DNA of 62,882 nt, counting the filler, from Octopus bimaculoides (lineage: Eukaryota), in the NCBI RefSeq assembly GCF_001194135.2. It is 5 parts of 5 records of this genome, joined end to end, with 100 filler letters (N's around TTAATTAATTAA, not from the genome) between each part and the next. Parts side by side here need not be neighbours in the genome. Positions count along the whole stretch, not along the records: positions 34,023 to 56,356 come from NC_068989.1; positions 56,457 to 59,999 come from NC_069007.1; positions 60,100 to 62,882 come from NC_068984.1; 2 more parts are not named here. The stretch is one strand, 5' to 3'. The position numbers were made by a program, and so were the translations under genes. The first letter of the stretch is position 1. Each line of letters starts with the position of its first letter. A model generated the notes under the pieces. The model did not search any database. It was not told where the DNA came from and saw only the letters and a program-made list of their open reading frames with translations. Shown piece after piece: positions 53,996 through 62,882 of this stretch.

Positions 53996-54844
53996 TTCTG
54001 CCACAACAACAACACAAGAAGGAGGAGAGAGAGGGAGATGACGTGTAGGTGAGTAGGATGCATAAGAGTGAGGGGAAAAACTGATGTGTATGGGGAGAGT
54101 GAGAGATGAATGGTGACTGAGAAGTGGAGATAATTTGGTAGCACACAAGGATGATCAATGTTAAATGTGAATAGAGAGATGCAATATTAAGGAAGAAAGA
54201 TGAATGAGAAGTGAAGTAGTTCTGAGAAGTGAGATTGATAATTAGTATTACAGAAAAAGATGATTAAACAGGTAGTTCTGTTCATATTCAATTACAAAAG
54301 CAGAATAGTTATGAAAATAATGGAAGCGTCAGTAAAAGAAAGAGTGAGGAATAGGAGGGGACTGAGAATCAATCCTTGATCAATCAGTTATACACTAAAT
54401 TTGTTGAGTACTTGTTAATTGTTACAAGGCTTTAAGGCTATCAAAAGTCACTTGTCTACTCCAAGCTTCCTCAGTGACCCCAAAACACAGAACAAAGATT
54501 ATACTGAAGATTTTCTTTAGGTTAATAAATACTAAGTATATCTACGTACTTCTCTTGTAGTTGTTTGACTCAGAAGAGAACATCTATAGCACATTTTGTA
54601 AGCACAAAACCAAATTGGACCTCATCTAGTATATATCTCTGTCACACACACACTAGCACAAACAAAGAGAAAGTGGTTAGCCAAATAAAAAAAAAACAAC
54701 TGATTAAAAACAATGCTAGACATAAATAGAAATATGGAATGCAAAGTAATCAGAAATAAAAGCGAGCAGTGGTAGGGAACAGAGACTAAAAGGTGAGTCA
54801 TAGTAAAACAACAGAAATGTGAATGAAAGAAAATGGCTGCCTAC

Positions 54845-54982
54845 CATCCTTGTATTTCCCCAAGTATCTGACAATCTCCTCGCTGGTTGGACTGAAGCCA
54901 AGGGACCGCATGATCAGGGATAATTCATCATCCTGGCTGATGTAGTTACGTTTAGCATTGAAGCTAAAGCATTCTTTGTACT
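54845..54982 (-). CDS. CALML4: CALML4-type gene, internal coding exon (EF-hand 1 region), 138 nt, phase 1-1
   Basis: Acceptor ttattatag| and donor |gtaggc. Reads (E)YKECFSFNAKRNYISQDDELSLIMRSLGFSPTSEEIVRYLGKYKD(E), matching the CALML4 pattern EYKECFS...MRCLGASPTPGEV. Joins in frame to 52032-52217. Confidence 0.9.
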
Positions 54983-56151
54983 CTATAATAACAAATATAT
55001 CAAATATTGTTTTATATCATCTAGACACAAAGAGAGAAATAAAGCAAAAAAAATAAAAATAAATAAAATGAAATAAAAAGACATTCTCTTATTGGTTTCT
55101 GTCATTGGATTGTGGCCATACTAAAGCACTGTTTGTAAAAAGTTAGTCAGATATATCGAGAACAGTAGTCTCCTACTTTTCATCAGTCTTTATTTATCAA
55201 ATGGCTTAGTTTATCCAATGTCCAAATACACACACACTTGTGCACTCATTGGTGCTCCAGCATAGGCTTAACTATGCTGATTAAAAGAAACTAAAGAACA
55301 CATAAAGTGGCTTCAGCACTGTTTCAAATAGATTTTCACTATAGTACAAGGCACTGAACTCAAGATGTCACCCAGTGAGAATGAACCCAGAACCTTATGG
55401 TTGCAAAGCAAACTTCTTAACCATGTAGACATGCCAGCGTCCAGATATAAATAAATAGAAACAGATAGAAATAGTGATAGACAGACAGGCATACAGACAC
55501 ATGTAAACACACACACACAAGGTTGTCACTCAATAAAGATTTAGATGTTCGATCATATGAATGAAGGTGTAAGTGGTTGTAAAGGGAGGAATCAGCATGA
55601 CATAATGTGTGACAAGGCTGGATATTTGCTTTACAAGTACAATCCTCCTGCATAGTTTCACTCTACTCAATTTCACTCACAAGGTATAGAAATTGACCTG
55701 AAGCCATAGAAAATAGCATTTGCTCAAGATGCTAGAATGCCATAGGTGCAAACTGAACAACAAAACCAATCAGCCTATGTACATGCACGTCAATTAGTAT
55801 GGAATTTCCATACATAAATACTCACACACACAATATATATATTTATACATACAAACATATTTACACACATATGCAGATCACAAACACACACACACATACA
55901 CAAAACAAAACAAATTCACACCACTAAAAATATTGTAGAACTGGTTTTCTTTGATAATATAATTGATAGCAGAACTTGCTACAAATTGTCAAGAATGTCG
56001 CCTAACACCTGAGAGTTATGAATGCTATTAAGCTAACTGTGACTTCTATGTCACACATTTTATTTCCTCACGTATATTGTGTTATCATGATTATTATTTA
56101 GCATCAGGTTAGCTAAGATTAAAGACATTCTAGTCATAACCATCTCAAAAA

Positions 56152-56184
<33 letters not shown>

Positions 56185-56456
56185 CAAACAATAAGCAACA
56201 CGGATTTCAAAAGTGATTGCAGTACGCACGTTTCATGCTACTTCAATTTATTTAAGTAATGTGAGCATTACCTTAAATGCAATATGAAGAGCAATCTTCA
56301 GCTGCACGAAAAAATGTAGAAAAAAAGACATATTACAAATGTGGCAACATATTAAANNNNNNNNNNNNNNNNNNNNNNNNNNNNNNNNNNNNNNNNNNNN
56401 TTAATTAATTAANNNNNNNNNNNNNNNNNNNNNNNNNNNNNNNNNNNNNNNNNNNN

Positions 56457-56498
<42 letters not shown>

Positions 56499-56869
56499 GA
56501 TAATCTTTAGATAGTTATATCAGCCAAGATATATTCTTATCTGTTTATCCTCCTACTTACATCCATCTGTATGTGTGTGTGTGTGTGTTTGTGCATTTGT
56601 GCGTGTAGAGGATAAAAATCGATGTTTTCAGTGTGAGCACAAAGTTTCGAATAAACTCGTCAGAAAATCCTAGATATGAAGCAAAAAGGAAAAGAGGTTG
56701 TATGTTGGTCACTATGGAAAATGATTCAAAGTCAGAATAAATGAACGCAACTAAAAACGATGATGAAATACGATATAGGAGCGTTATTTGCGGACTGACG
56801 AACAATTTTCACAGACTTAGATTTGTATTTCATTATTTCGTTCATTTTTAACTGAATATCCTGAAGATT

Positions 56870-57115
56870 TTTATTTCGTCTGTCTTTACGTTCTAAGTTC
56901 AAATTCCGCCGAGGTCGACTTTGCTTTTCATCCTTTCGGGGTCGATAAATTCAGTATGAGTTTCGTACTGGGGTCGATAATCGACAAACTGTGTTAATTT
57001 ATTGACGTCCTCGTAACTTAACGGTTCGACAAAAAGAGCTGAATACATAATAACCATATGTTCCCCTCATACAAAAAGAGAGAAAGAGAAGGCGGCGAGC
57101 TGGCAGAATCGTTAG
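56870..57115 (+). mobile_element. SINE copies (gagctggcagaa family), the second cut by a gap
   Basis: gttcaaattccgccgaggtcgactttg; aaggcggcgagctggcagaatcgttag then Ns. Confidence 0.8.
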
Positions 57116-57571
57116 NNNNNNNNNNNNNNNNNNNNNNNNNNNNNNNNNNNNNNNNNNNNNNNNNNNNNNNNNNNNNNNNNNNNNNNNNNNNNNNNNNNNN
57201 NNNNNNNNNNNNNNNNNNNNNNNNNNNNNNNNNNNNNNNNNNNNNNNNNNNNNNNNNNNNNNNNNNNNNNNNNNNNNNNNNNNNNNNNNNNNNNNNNNNN
57301 NNNNNNNNNNNNNNNNNNNNNNNNNNNNNNNNNNNNNNNNNNNNNNNNNNNNNNNNNNNNNNNNNNNNNNNNNNNNNNNNNNNNNNNNNNNNNNNNNNNN
57401 NNNNNNNNNNNNNNNNNNNNNNNNNNNNNNNNNNNNNNNNNNNNNNNNNNNNNNNNNNNNNNNNNNNNNNNNNNNNNNNNNNNNNNNNNNNNNNNNNNNN
57501 NNNNNNNNNNNNNNNNNNNNNNNNNNNNNNNNNNNNNNNNNNNNNNNNNNNNNNNNNNNNNNNNNTTAATA

Positions 57572-57608
<37 letters not shown>

Positions 57609-57799
57609 CAAAGAATATATATGCATGTATACACACATATATGTACATACTTACATCTACATGTGTATATAGATGTATATCAGGGTACAGAACGTTAGAA
57701 CAATGAACTACAGACAACGGAACGAACACATAGGAAAACAGAAAGCCACTTGGAATTATTCATCAGCTGCCTCTATTCTAACTAGACGTTTCGAAGATA

Positions 57800-57995
57800 G
57801 TGCCACACAGTGGGACTAAACCCGGAACCATGTGGTGGGAAAGCAAGCTTCTCACCACACAGCCATGTCTACACCATGTATGTATGCATATGACAAGCTT
57901 CTTTCAGTTTCCATGTACCAAATCCACTCAAAATGCTCTGGCGAACCCGAGACATTTGCCGAAGGGGCCGCGGAGTGGGACCGAACCCGTAACCT
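57800..57995 (-). mobile_element. Two SINE head fragments
   Basis: gtgccacacagtgggactaaacccggaaccatgtgg and ttctttcagtttccatgtaccaaatccactc. Confidence 0.7.
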
Positions 57996-57999
57996 TGTG

Positions 58000-58300
58000 G
58001 TTGATAAAGATGTCGTTTTAAGAATGACAGTCATTGTTGTTATTGTTATGGTTTGTGTTGTTTGTCTTATTTGGTTGCGCGGTTGGTGGTGGTGGTGGTG
58101 TTGTACGTTGAATTTCATCTCTCTTTTGAAAAAAAAAAATCAAACGACAACACCAACAATAATGACAGTTACAATAGTTACAACAACAACAACAACATAC
58201 TAACAACGGTACTAGCAATATCAACAGCAATAATTTCGACAACACCAACAACAATAACTAACAACGAGATCAACAGCAGCAGCAACCACGGTGAAAGAGG
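58000..58300. repeat. (GTT/GGT)n and (AAC)n degenerate trinucleotide arrays
   Basis: Directly visible. Confidence 0.9.
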
Positions 58301-58732
58301 CATTAGGAAGAGAAAGGCGATATAAAAGATGGGGAGGCGGGGAGGCAGGGTAGCGTTATTAATAGGATTAAGGGATATAATAGAAACGGGGTAGAGAGGA
58401 GCTTACCCCCTGCAGGCTAAATAAATCAGCCCCTATAGAACCCTGCCACCTAGGTAGAACAGGAACTTACGCAGAGGGTGGCCGGAAATAAACATGATCA
58501 ACCTTTCCACCCTTGTCACATACCGCTAACGTTCACTAACGGTCATCCTTAACACATACAAACAGGTAAACACACACCATGTCAGACACACGCTGACAAA
58601 TATATATATAAATATGTATATATATTATATACATATATATATACATATATATATATCTATATATATATTATATACATATATATACATATATATATCTATA
58701 TATATATATTATATACATATATATACATATAT

Positions 58733-58765
<33 letters not shown>

Positions 58766-59414
58766 NNNNNNNNNNNNNNNNNNNNNNNNNNNNNNNNNNN
58801 NNNNNNNNNNNNNNNNNNNNNNNNNNNNNNNNNNNNNNNNNNNNNNNNNNNNNNNNNNNNNNNNNNNNNNNNNNNNNNNNNNNNNNNNNNNNNNNNNNNN
58901 NNNNNNNNNNNNNNNNNNNNNNNNNNNNNNNNNNNNNNNNNNNNNNNNNNNNNNNNNNNNNNNNNNNNNNNNNNNNNNNNNNNNNNNNNNNNNNNNNNNN
59001 NNNNNNNNNNNNNNNNNNNNNNNNNNNNNNNNNNNNNNNNNNNNNNNNNNNNNNNNNNNNNNNNNNNNNNNNNNNNNNNNNNNNNNNNNNNNNNNNNNNN
59101 NNNNNNNNNNNNNNNNNNNNNNNNNNNNNNNNNNNNNNNNNNNNNNNNNNNNNNNNNNNNNNNNNNNNNNNNNNNNNNNNNNNNNNNNNNNNNNNNNNNN
59201 NNNNNNNNNNNNNNNNNNNNNNNNNNNNNNNNNNNNNNNNNNNNNNNNNNNNNNNNNNNNNNNNNNNNNNNNNNNNNNNNNNNNNNNNNATATGTATATA
59301 TAGGATAAACTTTTCCCCACCAAAACATTTCATCAAAGTGGCTAGCGTATTAAAATACCTTTAAAGGTGAAAATTTAATGTGGTGATTGACGATTTAAAG
59401 TCTATTCTCACCAT

Positions 59415-59560
59415 ATTACTTGTACGAGTCATTTGACTGTGGCCATGCTGGAGCACCGACTTTCTTCTTAAGCCTGCTACTCATCCTATCGCTCACTTTT
59501 GCCGAACTGCTAAGTTACGGGGACATAAACCAAACGGTGTTGGGTGTGTGAGGACAAACA
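59415..59560 (-). mobile_element. SINE 3' tail
   Basis: gtcatttgactgtggccatgctggagcacc...gccgaactgctaagttacggggacataaac. Confidence 0.7.
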
Positions 59561-60823
59561 GACACAATGACAGACACATAGCTATATACATACATATGTG
59601 TATATATGTGTGTGTGTGTATGTATGCGTGTGTGTGCATGTATGTATGAACGTATGTATGTGTGTGTGTACATACACTCCCCAGAACACATACCTGAGCT
59701 GTTAAAAACGATGTCACAGGCAACGGAAGGGTATAAAGATCGGTTTGTCTTGGGGTAGGGTACCGGACTGGGCGGGTGGAGGGGTTCGTCGCATGAATAA
59801 GTGGCAGTGTTCGTTGTTGTTGTTGTTGTTGTTGTTGTGGTGGTAGTGGTGGTGGTGGTGTTGGTGGTGGTGGTGGTGCTAGGGCTGGCGTAAAATTGAT
59901 AATATTCCGTATTGTGGTGATCGTGGTGGTGGTGGTGGTGGTGACAACAAAGATGTCAAGGTAGACCCAATGTGACAATTAGCGTTGTACGGCAGCACGN
60001 NNNNNNNNNNNNNNNNNNNNNNNNNNNNNNNNNNNNNNNNNNNTTAATTAATTAANNNNNNNNNNNNNNNNNNNNNNNNNNNNNNNNNNNNNNNNNNNNA
60101 TATATATATATATATATATAAGGAAATAATGTTCTGAAGTTCTTCTTTAGTTGAAGGAGACAAAAATATGGTAATGCTATTGTTTGGAAGCATGTGAGTT
60201 GAATGCCACCGAGTTAAACAACAAGGATGTGGTAAATAGGATCCAACTGGTTGGATACTGTGTGCTAGAAATAGGGATAAAATACCTTTAAACTGGAAAG
60301 TTGGGGAGGGAGAGAGGGATTATGGCATTAATTAATTATTTACGCATAGATAGTTATCGTTGAAATAGAGCGAGATTTGATTGTCAGAAAAATGAGTAAT
60401 CGTTGAAGCGTTAACAAACTCTGAAAAAAAAAAGCGATATCAATATTTTTCTCTTCTAACAACCTGTGATTTATCCACGATATCCCTAAGTTTGACAAAG
60501 AAACATAAATGTAAGCTTATTAAGAACATGTAAGTCTATTTGGTATTTCTAAGTTTCTTATCATCGTATAATGCTTATATTAACACACACGCGCGCGCGT
60601 GCACAAACACACGTGTTTATATGAAGAGGGTTGCAAAATGTTTATTTTATAAGGAATAACGACAAGTATTTAATGAATAAAATACTCAATACTTTCTTTA
60701 ATAAGCAAACTAATAAGCAAAACGTGTTGACTGACATTTTATAAATTCGTCTAGAATGGCATATTTAGAGACATGCCTGAATTGTGGATCTTCGTCGTTT
60801 GGCGGTGCGATTCTGCATTTTCA

Positions 60824-61879
60824 TCAGGCTCATATATCTTAAGTCTTTGAATGTATTCTTCCTCCGTCATAGATTACGAAACTTTATTGATTTGAAATTT
60901 CGATAATTATTCTGTACTTAATCTCAAATACAGTTTATGTCTCGAAGACGTTTTCGAATATTATTCGTTGTCTTTATTTCAAATGATATGATATATTAGT
61001 AACTTACTTCTGTAAATTATCTAGTCGACTGAAGCCCTTCAGTGATGTCTACCAGCATAAGATAAGTTTGAGAACAAAAATTTCTATAACTACTGATATG
61101 ATTTCAATGACGGCATGACGTTAGCTGTCTTCGATAGAACGGAAAGTTGCAATTATATCTCAATGATTATTGATATGCGTCAAATAATATTAATAGATGA
61201 GACCGTATGGAGTTTGTATATTAGTATNNNNNNNNNNNNNNNNNNNNNNNNNNNNNNNNNNNNNNNNNNNNNNNNNNNNNNNNNNNNNNNNNNNNNNNNN
61301 NNNNNNNNNNNNNNNNNNNNNNNNNNNNNNNNNNNNNNNNNNNNNNNNNNNNNNNNNNNNNNNNNNNNNNNNNNNNNNNNNNNNNNNNNNNNNNNNNNNN
61401 NNNNNNNNNNNNNNNNNNNNNNNNNNNNNNNNNNNNNNNNNNNNNNNNNNNNNNNNNNNNNNNNNNNNNNNNNATATACTAATATACAAACTCCATACGG
61501 TCTCATCTATTAATATTATTTGACGCATATCAATAATCATTGAGATATGATTGCTACTTTCCGTTCTATCGAAGACAGCTAACGTCATGCCGTCATTGAA
61601 ATCATATCAGTAGTTATAAAAATTTTTGTTCTCAAACTTATCTTATGCTGGTAGACATCACTGAAGGGCTTCAGTCGACTAGATAATTTACAGAAGTAAG
61701 TTACTAATATATCATATCATTTGGAATAAAGACAACGAATAATATTCGAAAACGTCTTCGAGACATAAACTGTATTTGAGATTAAGTACAGAATAATTAT
61801 CGAAATTTCAAATCAATAAAGTTTCGTAATCTATGACGGAGGAAGAATACATTCAAAGACTTAAGATATATGAGCCTGA
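60824..61879. repeat. 404 bp near-perfect inverted repeat flanking a 246-N gap
   Basis: 60824-61227 is the reverse complement of 61476-61879 with about 4 substitutions. The two ORF-track peptides MTLAVFDRTESCNY and MTLAVFDRTESSNH show the same thing. Confidence 0.95.
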
Positions 61880-62882
61880 AGAAAAATCATCATTCTGAAG
61901 AGCGAAACTTGAGAATTCTACTTGGTTGCTCGATCTGCGATTAATAGTAGCCAAATCTCACTGAAATCACAGCTTACACTTTTAAAAATGGAAGGAGATT
62001 AGTAAATCAAGGATAATATTTTTATGGATGTATTATATCTTGAATAAAAATGCCATGGTCATCGTTAAAACACATTTGATTATAGGTCTGCACAGTAAGG
62101 GCTGAACGAGTTAAGCAGCGACTACAAACTAACAGCAAAAGCGACAACAGGTATCTTAACACAGAATTACGTATGCCACCAAGGGGTTGTAAGATATCGG
62201 ACTGGATGCTAGGAGTTTTCTATGCAAGAAACTCAACGGTGACAACGACATTATGGAGACATAATTACTAACCCTTATAAATTACTACTTATCAATCGAA
62301 TCCACTAATAGTCCTTCAGAAAACCAATCAAAATTCCTCCCTCAAAATGAAATAAAGAAACTATCTTAAACTTACTCAGAGCTCAGGAAAGAGATGGGGA
62401 TGCAAAAGAAACAATTGACAAAATACTTTCACCATAATCTAGAAAATTATGGCGTGTCAAATTCGATATACGACATTGAATAAAGTAAAGGGAACTACTA
62501 ATAATACGTCTTCAGATGACAATGAAGTTAAAATGCTACATAGGAACAGCACCTTTCCAAAATTCCATATTTAATTATGGATCAAGAACGTGAATACGTC
62601 TCATCTTGCATATTTCAAACATCAGAAGAACAAGACAGGTTTTTCTCCTACGAACAAAGTCAGTCATCTTCTGTAAGTTATAAACAGTGTAAAAGTATGT
62701 GCAGCCAATCCTTGATTCAACAACTAACGTGATAAATCAGAGAAACATTGAACAAACTAGAAATGTAAACATTAAACGCTGCACGACACGGAGTGTCAAG
62801 CAATGTTTCTATATAACCATGTACATAAGGCGGTGAGCTAGCAAAAACGTTACCACGTATATATATATATATATATATATAT

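Noticed and set aside
59412-59414. ATG|gtgaga on the minus strand as the CALML4 start exon
   Set aside because: It sits at the end of a SINE tail, with no independent support.
61980-62640. Possible decayed ORF after the inverted repeat
   Set aside because: Stops in all frames and no recognisable motif.

Overview
AT-rich, microsatellite- and SINE-dense metazoan genomic DNA from a gapped draft assembly. The repeat families and TA/CA/GA/ATCT arrays point to an octopus (inference, not a database result). One host gene is well supported: a minus-strand calmodulin-like 4 (CALML4-type) gene with three spliced coding exons (54845-54982, 52032-52217, 48571-48677). Its N-terminal exon(s) were not found and may lie in N gaps. 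The rest is mostly mobile DNA: about 25 tRNA-headed SINE copies, RTE-tailed retroposons, a decayed Tc1 element with long TIRs, a mariner fragment, a Kolobok/Mutator-like transposase fragment, hAT MITEs with TSDs, two probable solo LTRs and a Penelope GIY-YIG remnant. The best leads are four. (1) A ~500 bp fold-back at 12181-12687 carries a complete hammerhead-ribozyme core on each strand. (2) A candidate plus-strand gene starts at a CpG-rich promoter near 20.0 kb and appears to be built from 9-30 nt phase-2 microexons. (3) A near-perfect 404 bp inverted repeat at 60.8-61.9 kb ends in hammerhead-like boxes. (4) A sharp CpG-depleted domain (about 43-56 kb) covers CALML4. Most long ORFs in the supplied track are artefacts of microsatellites and N runs. 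All alignments and counts were done by eye.
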